This document shows positions 1 through 10,019 of a stretch of 64,000 bases of DNA, piece by piece. The notes under the pieces were generated by a model. The model searched no databases and had not been told where the DNA came from. It saw nothing but the letters and a program-made list of their open reading frames with translations. The DNA comes from Minisyncoccia bacterium (lineage in GTDB: Bacteria > Patescibacteriota > Minisyncoccia > Phycocordibacterales > UBA9973): NCBI GenBank assembly GCA_038244685.1, contig JBBRTD010000002.1:2924-66923 (forward strand), read 5' to 3'. Both the position numbers and the translations under genes were made by a program. Each line of letters opens with the position of its first letter. Within the stretch, counting starts at the first letter, position 1.

Positions 1-3000
1 ATTTCTAGTTCGTTTATAGTTCAGGATACATCAAATGTTTCTTCTGTTCCTCCATATTTCAGTATGTATCTTGGCTGGCAAGCAGCTAGTGCTACCGGTT
101 TCTCTTCTTATAAATTAGAATATGCAACTTCTGTAAATAATAGTATATATGGTAGTTATACAACTATCTCTGATGCAAGCTTTCAATTAGTAAATTCAAA
201 TTATTATGTTTACAATAATTTGAACTCGAATCTTTTTTATAGATTTAGATTGGGGGTTGTTGGAACAAATGGAAATACTTCCGTCAGATCAAATTCATTT
301 ATTACCGTTAAACCAGATGGAGTTCAAAACTACAGTGAAGGAGGAGGAGGAAGTATTTCAACTGCTTCAAAAGTTGAGAACGTTGTTGTTACTCAAAATG
401 AAGATAAAACAGTAATAGTTGGTTATAAGGTTACTGATGTTTCTTTCTCTAAAAAAATTAATCCATCTTATGAGGCATATCTTTTCTATAATATTGGTAT
501 GACTTTGCCTAGTAATGCATTAGTTGGAGATACAATAACATTATTAGATGCTTCTAAATTAAAATCATCAGGTTATATTTTAATAAACAATGAAGTTATA
601 AGTTATTCTGGAAAAACAGGGAATACTTTAACAGGTATAATTCGCGGAACTTGGCCAACATTGAATTCAACAGGAAGAACATCCCGTATGAATGCAAATC
701 TATTCTCTGGAACAATTGTTTGGGTTTATGCAAATAGTACAACTCCTGTATCAATTACAAATAATACTATTGCGACTGGTCAAAATAATTCCATTTCTTG
801 GAATACATATAGTGAGACAGGTTTGGCTGGTGGTTCTTATACTAATACAGGAATAAAAGTTATCGTTCATGATAATCAAGATGCATCTTTTGGTCCACTC
901 TCAAGTCAAAACGATTACTCTGAGAATGGAATGCTAAGTGTTTTGGATTTAACAGCTCCTGTTGTTTCATTTAATCAGGCCACTTCTTCTGCTACAGAAA
1001 GTACAACTCCAGTTAACATACCTCTTTATTTAGCTAGAGCTTATCCATTTACAACAACTGTTTCTTATACTGTAACTGGTACTGCAACAAGTGGATCAGA
1101 TTTTACATTAGCAAATGGAATTGCCACAATATTAGCAGGAGAAACAACTACGAATATTTCATTTCCTATCATTAACGATATTTTCAAGGAAAGAGATGAG
1201 ACTGTTATCTTAACGCTCTCTGATCCAATAAATGGAAAAATTGGTGGAAATAGTTCTCATACCTATACTATTATTGATGATGATAATACTTCAACTGTAG
1301 AGTTTGATAGTGTCAGTTCTTCAGGATTAGAGAGTGTTGTTTCTGTGAATATTCCAATAAGTCTTTCTGAAATTTCTCTTGTTGATACAACAGTTAATTA
1401 TTCTATATCTGGAACAGCAACAAATGGTTCTGACTTTATTTTATCTGATGGTATTGCAACTATACTTGCTGGAGCATCAACAACAAGTATCGTTATACCT
1501 ATTACAAATGACACGCTAAAAGAAGATGATGAAACAATAATTATTACTTTATCTGATGTTACAAATAATATTCTTGGTTTAAATTCTGTCCATACTTATA
1601 CCATTCTTAATGATGATTTATTCCCTGTATTAAGTTTCAACAGTGGAACGAGTGAGGGATTGGAAAGTGTAAATTCTATAAATATTCCAGTTTCTATTCC
1701 CGCTGCATATTTAGAAGATGTTACATTTTCTTATTCAGTTACTGGTGGTACTGCTACAGGAGGTGGCGTTGACTATACATTAGAAAATGGGACTTTAACA
1801 ATACCAGCTGGCGAAATTTCAGCAAATATTAATTTAGGTATAATTGATGATGGAGTTTCAGAGCCAACTGAAACTATTATTATAAATTTATCTAACCTTA
1901 TAAATTCAACTCTTGGAGTAAATAGTGTTTACACTTATTCAATACTAGACGATGAAATATCTGGTAATGGTATTAAATCAACCAGCGCTCTTATCTCTTG
2001 GATGACATCAGATCTTTCTGACAGTTTAGTTGAATATGGAACAGTCTCTCCTGGAAATGAAGGAGCTTATAATTTGTCCAAATTTAATGCAGATAAAGTC
2101 TTAAAGCATAATATCTATTTAGGTAATTTAATTCCATCTACCACTTATTACATAAAAACTACTTCAACTGATTTAAATGGTGAGACTGTAGTTTCTACTT
2201 CTGGTTTTACAACTACACCTGGACCAATTATTGGTGGAGTAAATTCTGGTGATATTACAGACAGAGCCGTTACTATTACTTGGGTAACAAATATTCCCGC
2301 TAGCTCATATGTTAATTATTCTACCAACGCAAGTCTATCTACTCCATTTAGATTTGGAAGTGATGATCTAACAACAGAGCACTCTGTTAGTATTGCTAAC
2401 TTAAGTGCTCAGAGTCTTTATTATTATTCAGTTGATGGAATTGATGTTGATTCTAATGCTGGAGAAGATGCAAATGATGGTAATTATTATACTTTCACAA
2501 CAAGTGAAGACCAGGCTGCCCCTATAATTTCTGATATTTCAGTTCCAATAATAACATCAACTCAGGTTGCTGTAGTTTGGAGAACAAATGAATTATCTGA
2601 TGGTAAAATTATGTACGGAACAAGTGCTGGTAATTATGATCATGAGACATCACTTGTTTCTATACCAGAGACAAATCACTTAATTACAATTGGAGGATTA
2701 ACAGGAACTACTATTTACTACTATGTAATTGTTTCTGCTGATAGAAATGGAAATACCGCAACAACAGAAGAACAGACTCTAGAAACAACCGCAATAGAAA
2801 GAGTTATTGTTTCTTCTGGCGGTGGAGGTGGAAGTTCTGGTGTTCCTCAGAGTCTTTATGACGCACTTCTTGCTGAGAATGAAAACTTTAAAGCAAAATT
2901 AAAAGATTTCGATTTTACCATGCCAATTATTTCAAATATTAAAATAGATGAGATTACTGCTTTTAGTGCTACTGTTAGTTTTGATACAGATGAAGATGCT

Positions 3001-4242
3001 ATCTCGTTTATTGACTATGGTAAAGATAATAAGTATGGACTTATGGCTGCAGATAAAAGCTGGTCAAAGAGTCACACTATTAAACTTTATGGTTTAAGTT
3101 TGGGTACAGACTATTACTTGAAAATTAATGCTATGAATAGAGCAAATGATGTCAGTACTTCAGATGAACAAACTTTTAAGACTAAATTTTTAGCTGATGA
3201 TTTAGAGCAATTAAAGAATATAGATAATGTTGAACAATTCCAAGCAGCAATTGAGGCTGCCATTGAGTCAATTTTACCTTCTCTTGTTCCTCCGTTTATA
3301 GATAAACCAGCCATCTCTAATATTACAGAAAGTGGCGCAACTGTTACTTTCCGTACAAATATTAAATCATATCCAATTGTAAATTATACGACTGATGCTG
3401 ATTATGACAAAACAAAAGAAAATCCATATGATGGAGAAATATCTGATACATCAGAAAAAAATATTTCCCATACTCTTTCGCTCGTTGGTCTTAAGCCAAA
3501 TACTAAATATCATGTAATGGTTAAAGCATTTTCTATTCCTCAGGTTATTGGTAAATCCGAAGATTTTACCTTCACGACATCAGCATCAAAAATTCAAGGT
3601 TCTATTGTTGGCATAAAGAAGAATTCATTTACTGTTGTTTGGTCAACAGATGAGATTACTTCATCTATTGTTGAATATAAGAATCTTAAAACAGGAAGAT
3701 CTTCTCGTATTGTCGATGAGGCTAAAAATAAATCTCACTCAATCAAAGTTGAAAATCTTTCTCCCGGTACTTCATACGAAGTAAGTATTTCAGGTATTAA
3801 TGAAAAAGGAAATAAAGTTGAAAGTGGCAGTGCTATAAATGTTAAAACTTCAACTGATAATATTGCTCCTATTATTACAAATATAAAAGTTGATAGTGCT
3901 CTTGTCGTAGCTAGAAATGATAGAGTTCAAACTATTGTTTCTTGGCAAACAGATGAGCCTTCTACTTCAACTGTTTATTTCGGAGAAGGTACTGGTTCAT
4001 TAAATGAAAAACTTTCAAATAAGCAGGAAGATTTAGAGCTTACAAAATCTCATGTTGTTATTCTAACGGCATTAAAACCTGGAACCATTTATCGGTTTAC
4101 GGTTAGTTCAGCTGATGATGCAAATAATATTACAAAGCCACCAGTTCGTACAATCATCACTCCAAGGAAAACAGAATCAATTGTAGATGTTATCTTTAAG
4201 AACTTCGATGAGACATTTAAATTTATGAATAATGTTAAGTAA
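1..4242 (+). CDS. Giant secreted/surface protein with three Calx-beta repeats followed by multiple fibronectin-III-like domains. It is 5'-partial: the reading frame is open back to base 1 (ISSSFIVQDTSNVSS...), and the first Met is at 64.
   Basis: The ~100-aa unit ...VTGTATSGSDFTL.NGIATILAGE.TT.I.FPI.ND...EDDETVILTLSD... occurs three times (aa ~330-640), which is the Calx-beta signature. Downstream are repeated ~90-aa modules with a W..D....V.YG...........H...L.GL.P.T.Y.Y motif (FN3/PKD-like). Two Gly-rich linkers are present. Confidence 0.7.
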   Translation: MSSSFIVQDTSNVSSVPPYFSMYLGWQAASATGFSSYKLEYATSVNNSIYGSYTTISDASFQLVNSNYYVYNNLNSNLFYRFRLGVVGTNGNTSVRSNSFITVKPDGVQNYSEGGGGSISTASKVENVVVTQNEDKTVIVGYKVTDVSFSKKINPSYEAYLFYNIGMTLPSNALVGDTITLLDASKLKSSGYILINNEVISYSGKTGNTLTGIIRGTWPTLNSTGRTSRMNANLFSGTIVWVYANSTTPVSITNNTIATGQNNSISWNTYSETGLAGGSYTNTGIKVIVHDNQDASFGPLSSQNDYSENGMLSVLDLTAPVVSFNQATSSATESTTPVNIPLYLARAYPFTTTVSYTVTGTATSGSDFTLANGIATILAGETTTNISFPIINDIFKERDETVILTLSDPINGKIGGNSSHTYTIIDDDNTSTVEFDSVSSSGLESVVSVNIPISLSEISLVDTTVNYSISGTATNGSDFILSDGIATILAGASTTSIVIPITNDTLKEDDETIIITLSDVTNNILGLNSVHTYTILNDDLFPVLSFNSGTSEGLESVNSINIPVSIPAAYLEDVTFSYSVTGGTATGGGVDYTLENGTLTIPAGEISANINLGIIDDGVSEPTETIIINLSNLINSTLGVNSVYTYSILDDEISGNGIKSTSALISWMTSDLSDSLVEYGTVSPGNEGAYNLSKFNADKVLKHNIYLGNLIPSTTYYIKTTSTDLNGETVVSTSGFTTTPGPIIGGVNSGDITDRAVTITWVTNIPASSYVNYSTNASLSTPFRFGSDDLTTEHSVSIANLSAQSLYYYSVDGIDVDSNAGEDANDGNYYTFTTSEDQAAPIISDISVPIITSTQVAVVWRTNELSDGKIMYGTSAGNYDHETSLVSIPETNHLITIGGLTGTTIYYYVIVSADRNGNTATTEEQTLETTAIERVIVSSGGGGGSSGVPQSLYDALLAENENFKAKLKDFDFTMPIISNIKIDEITAFSATVSFDTDEDAISFIDYGKDNKYGLMAADKSWSKSHTIKLYGLSLGTDYYLKINAMNRANDVSTSDEQTFKTKFLADDLEQLKNIDNVEQFQAAIEAAIESILPSLVPPFIDKPAISNITESGATVTFRTNIKSYPIVNYTTDADYDKTKENPYDGEISDTSEKNISHTLSLVGLKPNTKYHVMVKAFSIPQVIGKSEDFTFTTSASKIQGSIVGIKKNSFTVVWSTDEITSSIVEYKNLKTGRSSRIVDEAKNKSHSIKVENLSPGTSYEVSISGINEKGNKVESGSAINVKTSTDNIAPIITNIKVDSALVVARNDRVQTIVSWQTDEPSTSTVYFGEGTGSLNEKLSNKQEDLELTKSHVVILTALKPGTIYRFTVSSADDANNITKPPVRTIITPRKTESIVDVIFKNFDETFKFMNNVK

Positions 4243-4384
4243 GGTTGTACTAATTAAAAATCGATATTAAGCTTGTCTATCAAGGTATATATGTTATAGT
4301 TAAAATATTATATAGACGTAAAAATTACGAAATAAAATTATTTTATCTATAACATAACAATATCTATCATTCAAAAATAAATTC

Positions 4385-5737
4385 ATGAGTAAAATAATTA
4401 AAATTGAGAACGTTAATTTATGGTATGAAAAAGGTAAGAACATAGAGGTTCACGCCTTAAAAGATATAAATATAAGTATAGAGAAAGGGGACTACGTAGC
4501 CTTCTTTGGCCCTTCCGGTTGTGGTAAGACAACTATGCTTTATTCTATTTCTGGAATTGACCGTTTTCAAGAAGGAAAAGTTTTTATTAACGACCAAGAT
4601 ATTTCTAATCTTACAAACCAGGAACTTGCCATTTTTAGACAAACTGGAATCGGAATTGTTTTTCAGCAGTTCAATTTGGTTCCTTCCTTGAATGTTTTAA
4701 AGAATGTTGCTCTACCTATGCTCTTTGTTGGAATAACGTCAGAAATCGCTGAAATTGAGGCACGTAAGCTACTTGAGAGACTAGATCTAACTTTATACGC
4801 TGATCGTTATCCTTATGAACTTTCAGGGGGACAGCAACAGAGAGTTGGTATTGCTAGAGCTTTAGCAAATAACCCTCCTATCATTATTGCGGATGAACCA
4901 TTGGGAAACCTGGACTCAGTTAATGCTAAAATGGTTCTTGAGTTTTTAAAAGAATTAAATGAAAAAGATGGACGAACAATAATCATGGTTACTCATGAAG
5001 CTTGGAGTCTTCGTGATGTTAAAACTGTTTTCCATATGAAGGATGGTGTCATTACTGATGTTGAAAAAATTCAAAGTGATACAGTTGCTGAGTCGTTATC
5101 TAAACATTTATATGAACAACTTTCTTCCGTTCGATCAACTTCAGAAAAGAAGAGCAATAGTATCTCTATAGAAGAAAAACTTTCTGCTAGAGTTTTGGCA
5201 AACTTCTTACTTCGAGGTTATTCAATGGATGAGATTAGACGTTTTGAATCTTTTGTAAACGATAGATTTGATAATAAAATTGATAAAAAAGAATTTCATA
5301 ATTTTATTAGTAAGCCCTTTAAAGAAGGTGGTGTTGGTCTTAGAAAAAAGAGGGCTGAAAAAGTTACAGATTATTTAGAAGGTATAATAGATAAGAGAAA
5401 AAATGTTGAACATATCTATAGTATCATCGACAAAAATCCAGAATTATCTATTGTTGAGGATATTCGCAGTAGTATACGTAGTTGGTTAATGGAAGGGTAT
5501 ACCGGCGAATTATCTCCATCTCAGACAATAGCACTTGATCAAGTTATTTCAGATAGAATTAGAGGTTTTATGCCTGCTAATAAAGTTGTTGAAATACTTA
5601 GTATTTCAAATAATAAATTTGGTGTTGGTCTGTCTTTCCGTGCCGCTCAAATAATGGCAGAGAAACTTGAATTAATATTAAATGACGATAGTGACAGTGA
5701 GGAACTTAATAATAACGATTTTGAAAAAAGTTTATAA
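4385..5737 (+). CDS. ABC transporter ATP-binding protein (MacB/LolD/FtsE-like) with a ~225-aa C-terminal extension of unknown function
   Basis: Walker A GPSGCGKTT, ABC signature LSGGQQQRVGIARAL, Walker B IIIADEPLGNLD and H-loop VTHE are present. The C-terminal half (aa ~225-450) carries no ABC motifs. Confidence 0.85.
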   Translation: MSKIIKIENVNLWYEKGKNIEVHALKDINISIEKGDYVAFFGPSGCGKTTMLYSISGIDRFQEGKVFINDQDISNLTNQELAIFRQTGIGIVFQQFNLVPSLNVLKNVALPMLFVGITSEIAEIEARKLLERLDLTLYADRYPYELSGGQQQRVGIARALANNPPIIIADEPLGNLDSVNAKMVLEFLKELNEKDGRTIIMVTHEAWSLRDVKTVFHMKDGVITDVEKIQSDTVAESLSKHLYEQLSSVRSTSEKKSNSISIEEKLSARVLANFLLRGYSMDEIRRFESFVNDRFDNKIDKKEFHNFISKPFKEGGVGLRKKRAEKVTDYLEGIIDKRKNVEHIYSIIDKNPELSIVEDIRSSIRSWLMEGYTGELSPSQTIALDQVISDRIRGFMPANKVVEILSISNNKFGVGLSFRAAQIMAEKLELILNDDSDSEELNNNDFEKSL

Positions 5738-5740
5738 TAT

Positions 5741-6946
5741 ATGCCTAATAAAAAATTAAGATTAAGTGAATTATTATCTCTTTCCTTAAGAACTTTCAGA
5801 ACTAAACCTCAAAGAGCTTTTTTGACCATTATGGGTATGTCGGTTGGAATAGCTACGGTTCTTCTTTTGGTTTCTTTGGGTTATGGATTGCAATATATTT
5901 TAATAGGTAAGCTTATGACAACAGAAGATTCCTTAATAACAATGGAAGTTTCTTATCCAACAGAGAGTAATATTTTAATTAAAAAACCATTACTAGACAA
6001 TTTAAAAACTTATGAAAATATAGCAGAAGTAAGTCCAATCGCTGAATTTCCTGGTGAAATAAGTGAAAATGGTAATTCTGGTCTTTTGGTTGATACTCGC
6101 ATTGTTGAACCATCATATTTTAGACTTTCAGGGTTATTGCCAAATATCGGTACTTTTCCAACAGAGAGTGGCCTGGTAACATCTAGTCAAACTTTAGTTC
6201 CTCTTGGCTTTGGAATTGATGAAACGTCATTAAATAAATCTCTTACTTTTAAAGTTTTTTATCAAGACGATAAAAATAATACTTCTGAAGAAACTAATTC
6301 TCTTCAGCCTATAAAGATAAAAGGTATTATTAGCGATGAATCTATGCCCCCTACAACTATTATTTTTGCTAATTCTCTTTCCAAGGAGCCACCATTTTAT
6401 CGTAAGGTTCTTGTAAAGGCTAAAAATGTGGATGTCTTAGAAGCTCTTCGCGATAAGTTACTTAAGGAGGGATTTCTGGTGTCAGCTCGAATCGATCTTG
6501 TAACACAAGCTCGTAAAATAACAAATATAATTACTATTATTTTAGGTGTCTTTGGAATTACAGCCTTAGTTGTTTCAGCTATTGGAATGTTCAATACTAT
6601 GATTGTTGGATTCCTAGAACGTATTTACGAAGTTGGAATCTTGAAATCTATTGGAGCAACTGACAGTGATGTTCGTAATTTATTTTTAGTTGAAGCTTCT
6701 CTGATGGGCTTTCTAGGGGGGGTGGGAGGTATCTTAATTGGCATTGGAGGAGGAGAAATTCTAAATATATTATTGAGTGTTTTCGCCACAAGATTTGGAG
6801 GAAGTTCTATTAGATTATTCTTAACACCTTGGTGGTTTATAGTTCTTATTCTTGCCTTTTCAATCGTGATTGGTTTTGTTTCTGGTTGGTGGCCTGCGCA
6901 TAGAGCCGCTGGTTTGTCCCCAAAGGAGGCTTTTACAAAGAGATAA
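5741..6946 (+). CDS. FtsX/MacB-type ABC transporter permease (N-terminal TM, ~220-aa extracytoplasmic domain, three C-terminal TM helices)
   Basis: The start is 4 bp after the ATPase gene. The topology and the C-terminal GIxNxMxxxVxER..EIGILKSIGA motif are typical of the FtsX-like permease family. Confidence 0.8.
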   Translation: MPNKKLRLSELLSLSLRTFRTKPQRAFLTIMGMSVGIATVLLLVSLGYGLQYILIGKLMTTEDSLITMEVSYPTESNILIKKPLLDNLKTYENIAEVSPIAEFPGEISENGNSGLLVDTRIVEPSYFRLSGLLPNIGTFPTESGLVTSSQTLVPLGFGIDETSLNKSLTFKVFYQDDKNNTSEETNSLQPIKIKGIISDESMPPTTIIFANSLSKEPPFYRKVLVKAKNVDVLEALRDKLLKEGFLVSARIDLVTQARKITNIITIILGVFGITALVVSAIGMFNTMIVGFLERIYEVGILKSIGATDSDVRNLFLVEASLMGFLGGVGGILIGIGGGEILNILLSVFATRFGGSSIRLFLTPWWFIVLILAFSIVIGFVSGWWPAHRAAGLSPKEAFTKR

Positions 6947-6970
6947 TTATTATTTGATAATTTAAATTAT

Positions 6971-7417
6971 ATGTACATTATTTACGCATTACTAGGGGCT
7001 GTTATGGCAAGTATGGGAACTATATTCGCAAAATTAGGACTAAAGGGTGTTGATGCAAATCTTCTCACTGCTATTCGTGGAATTATAATGGCATTTATTG
7101 TGACCATTGCTGCCTTGTCTTTTGGAAAGTTATCAATGACGGCATTACACTCCCTTTCTCAAAAACAATGGATTTTTGTTTTTATATCAGGCCTTGGTGG
7201 CGCTTTGTCTTGGTTATTTTTCTATCATGCATTAGCTGCAGGTCCTACTGTTGCGGTGACGGTTATAGATAAGTTATCTATCGTCCTTACGGCAATACTC
7301 GCTACTATTATTTTATCCGAGAGTGTTACTCTTCAAATGGGGATAGGTCTTGGTTTTGTATTTTTGGGGACATTACTTGTGGCAGTTCCTTGGGATAAAA
7401 TTAAAATGTTTTTTTAA
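6971..7417 (+). CDS. Small multi-pass membrane protein, DMT/EamA-like (4 predicted TM helices)
   Basis: Hydrophobic 148-aa protein with four TM-length segments. Confidence 0.4.
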   Translation: MYIIYALLGAVMASMGTIFAKLGLKGVDANLLTAIRGIIMAFIVTIAALSFGKLSMTALHSLSQKQWIFVFISGLGGALSWLFFYHALAAGPTVAVTVIDKLSIVLTAILATIILSESVTLQMGIGLGFVFLGTLLVAVPWDKIKMFF

Positions 7418-7435
7418 GATTAATGATCTTTAAAT

Positions 7436-7478
7436 AAAAAACCGCAGATCTTTTTAGGGATTCAGCGGTTTTATTTGT
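7436..7478 (+). terminator. Rho-independent terminator (aaaaaccgcagatc...gattcagcggtttt + T-run)
   Basis: Inverted repeat accgc/gcggt flanked by an A-run and a T-run, directly after the stop of the 6971-7417 gene. Confidence 0.6.
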
Positions 7479-7721
7479 GGATTTTTTTTAAATTAAAATG
7501 AATTCCAGCAGACATCAAGGTCTATCAATTCTTTTTCTTCTTCTTTTTCTGTCGGCTCCACGACGACACTCCAGTCTAAAACTATCATAAGCAACAAATT
7601 TATTTATTTTACTGTAACACAATTTATCTTTTATATCAATGTTTATTAAAAAATATCCTTTAAAAATAAGGCTTAATTGATATTTAGACAAAGTGTATTA
7701 TTAAATACAGTTTATCTAATT

Positions 7722-8291
7722 TTATAGAAATATTTTATCTGTGAGCTCCTCTAGACCTTTTCTATCTTTAGTAGAGAAGGGAATTATGGCATGTTCACTG
7801 CCTACCATTTTTTTAAGTTCTGTCATTTTTTTGTGATATTCAGATTGTTTCAACTTATCTATTTTATTTGCAACAATAATAAAATCTTTATTATGATTTA
7901 TAAGTTCATTAAACATCAGTATATCTTTTTCTGTCATACCAACAACTGCATCTATAATTAAAACTACTTTTTTTTGAGTATGAATTGAATTAAAAAGATA
8001 TGAATCGATTAGTTCACCAATTTTTTCACGGCCGAGACCTGACGATCTAGCAAATCCATATCCAGGTAAGTCTACTAGATAAAATTCTTTATTAACAAGA
8101 AATATATTTATTTCTTGAGTTCTACCTGCAAATGAACTCGTACGAGAAATACTACTTCTTGTAAGTACATTTATCAGGCTTGATTTGCCGACATTTGAGC
8201 GGCCAATGAAGGCAATTTGAGGTATACCATCGGCTAGTATTTCGTCATCACCAACGAGACCCTTCATAAACTTTGTAGATGTTATTTTCAT
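7722..8291 (-). CDS. engB: Ribosome-biogenesis GTPase EngB/YihA/YsxC
   Basis: G1 GRSNVGKSSLIN, G3 DLPGYGFA and G4 NKID motifs, with length and order typical of EngB. Confidence 0.85.
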   Translation of the reverse strand: MKITSTKFMKGLVGDDEILADGIPQIAFIGRSNVGKSSLINVLTRSSISRTSSFAGRTQEINIFLVNKEFYLVDLPGYGFARSSGLGREKIGELIDSYLFNSIHTQKKVVLIIDAVVGMTEKDILMFNELINHNKDFIIVANKIDKLKQSEYHKKMTELKKMVGSEHAIIPFSTKDRKGLEELTDKIFL

Positions 8292-8364
8292 AGATATATT
8301 TGTATATTATAACGCAATAATAAGGCATTCTATAAAAATATAGTTGCCTTAATTTTTATTTTTG

Positions 8365-8437
8365 TGGACCTTAGCGGACTCGGACCGCTTACCTCCTCAT
8401 TGCAAATGAGGCGCTCTACCAGATGAGCTAAAGGCCC
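8365..8437 (-). tRNA. tRNA-Ala (anticodon UGC)
   Basis: The reverse complement reads GGGCCTTTAGCTCATCTGGTAGAGCGCCTCATTTGCAATGAGGAGGTAAGCGGTCCGAGTCCGCTAAGGTCCA. It forms a cloverleaf with a G3:U70 pair (Ala identity element) and anticodon loop TTTGCAA. No CCA is encoded. Confidence 0.85.
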
Positions 8438-8500
8438 TCAACTAATTAATAATTTAATTAGGATACTCCTATCTTACCGTATTTTTATTTTTTTGCAAGA

Positions 8501-8545
8501 TGTATACAGAGCCCAACCTCAATGGTAGAAGTTGGGCTCTGTATA
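8501..8545. other. Perfect 14-bp-stem hairpin (atacagagcccaac...gttgggctctgtat) between the NRAMP gene and tRNA-Ala. It may be a terminator, but its orientation is ambiguous.
   Basis: Inverted repeat seen directly. The T-run lies on the plus-strand 5' side, so it does not form a canonical terminator for the minus-strand gene. Confidence 0.4.
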
Positions 8546-8556
8546 ATTATTCAAGT

Positions 8557-9861
8557 TTAAAATAAAGAGTAAATAGCGGCGATAGCAGTAACTCCCATAA
8601 GAATTGTTGCGGTCCATCCTAGTATTCTTATAATTAAGGAATTTTTAAATTCACCCATAATTTTTTTACTACTACTTATTTTAACAATAAAAATAAGTAT
8701 TACTGGAGCTACGATACCATTTGCAATGGCTGAGTACAACAGAGCTTTTATAGGGTCAATACCGATAAAATTAAGAAGTATACCAATGACAATTGAGATA
8801 GCGATAACTCCATAAAAAGCATGGGCTGTTTTGTATTTACGATATAAACCTTCTCTCCATCCGAAGCTCTCAGATATAGCATAAGCGGTAGATCCAGCCA
8901 AGACGGGTATCGCAAGTAGTCCTGTGCCTATTATACCAATAGCAAATAGAAGGGTGGCAAAGTGACCAGCAAGAGGCTCTAATGCCCGTGCTGCATCAGC
9001 TGCTGTTTCGATGTTTGTAATTCCATTAACAAAAAGAGTATTTGAACAAACAGCAATAATAAAGAACATGACAATATTAGACAGGAACATTCCCACCCAA
9101 ACATCAACACGCATTTCTTTTATTTCAGTATTGTTTGTACCTTTTCTTGATCTTATTGTTTTTTTACCATCGAGTATCTCTTCTTCAATTTCTTCTGATG
9201 TTTGCCAAAAAAATAAATAGGGAGATATTGTTGTGCCTAATACTCCAGTAATAAGAAGAATTTGAGTTTTAGAAAATGTAATTTGTGGAATAAGTCCATC
9301 ATGCAACAATGTTGACCAATTCATATGAATAATAAAGCCTGTAATTATATAGGAGAAAATAGCCAACACTAACCATTTTAGATATTTAGTATATATACGG
9401 TAGGGAACAAATATTTCTAAAAGTAATCCAGATATGCCAGTAAATATAACTAGAAATACAAATGAGGCTCCAGGGGCAATAAGTTCAATTGCTTTTGCCA
9501 TGGCTCCTAAATCAGCTCCAATATTTAATGTATTTGCAAAAAATAAAAGTATAGTACAAACATAAAGTATTTTTTTTGAAAAATTATGTTTTATATTTGC
9601 GGCTAGTCCTCTACCTGTGACTAAAGCTATTCGAGCACACATTTCTTGAACAGTAGCGACGAGAGGGTAGACCCAAGCAGCTAGCCATATAAGACTTGTG
9701 CCGTATTGGGCTCCTGCTTGTGAATATGTAGTAATACCAGAAGGGTCATCATCTGCTGCGCCCGTAATTACTCCTGGGCCAATTTTTTTTAGATAATCCT
9801 TAGTTTCTTGTAATAGGGATTCTTTTTCTTTTATTTCGTTCATCTGTTTGAGATATTCCAA
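8557..9861 (-). CDS. mntH: NRAMP-family divalent metal (Mn2+/Fe2+) transporter
   Basis: GAADDDPSGITTYSQAGAQYG matches the Nramp DPGN...QAGAQ signature region. The protein has ~11 TM segments and is 434 aa. Confidence 0.8.
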   Translation of the reverse strand: MEYLKQMNEIKEKESLLQETKDYLKKIGPGVITGAADDDPSGITTYSQAGAQYGTSLIWLAAWVYPLVATVQEMCARIALVTGRGLAANIKHNFSKKILYVCTILLFFANTLNIGADLGAMAKAIELIAPGASFVFLVIFTGISGLLLEIFVPYRIYTKYLKWLVLAIFSYIITGFIIHMNWSTLLHDGLIPQITFSKTQILLITGVLGTTISPYLFFWQTSEEIEEEILDGKKTIRSRKGTNNTEIKEMRVDVWVGMFLSNIVMFFIIAVCSNTLFVNGITNIETAADAARALEPLAGHFATLLFAIGIIGTGLLAIPVLAGSTAYAISESFGWREGLYRKYKTAHAFYGVIAISIVIGILLNFIGIDPIKALLYSAIANGIVAPVILIFIVKISSSKKIMGEFKNSLIIRILGWTATILMGVTAIAAIYSLF

Positions 9862-10019
9862 TTTGTAATTGGGAGCTATCTGGTGAATTATTATTAATAA
9901 GACAAACTTTATAAATATTTTTAATATTCCGTAAATGCTATTTTACATTTATAGTGGAATAGTTATATAAGTTTATTATACTATTTTATTTGAATTTGAT
10001 ACAATATTAAGATAATCTT

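Noticed and set aside
3114-3314. Short antisense ORFs inside large genes (for example 3114-3314, 4457-4642, 6397-6594, 9011-9220, 10604-10918, 14386-15230, 21171-21524, 25109-25357, 35780-36133, 53850-54188, 61619-62026)
   Set aside because: They are embedded antisense to well-supported genes, have low-complexity translations, and show no motifs. They are treated as spurious.
7495-7590. Possible 31-aa minus-strand ORF (MIVLDWSVVVEPTEKEEEKELIDLDVCWNSF) in the 7418-7721 intergenic region
   Set aside because: Too short, no RBS evident, and no conservation assessable. It is probably non-coding promoter or terminator space.
8501-8545. Calling the 14-bp-stem hairpin a terminator for the NRAMP gene
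   Set aside because: The U-run would lie on the wrong side for the minus-strand transcript. It is retained only as an unexplained hairpin.
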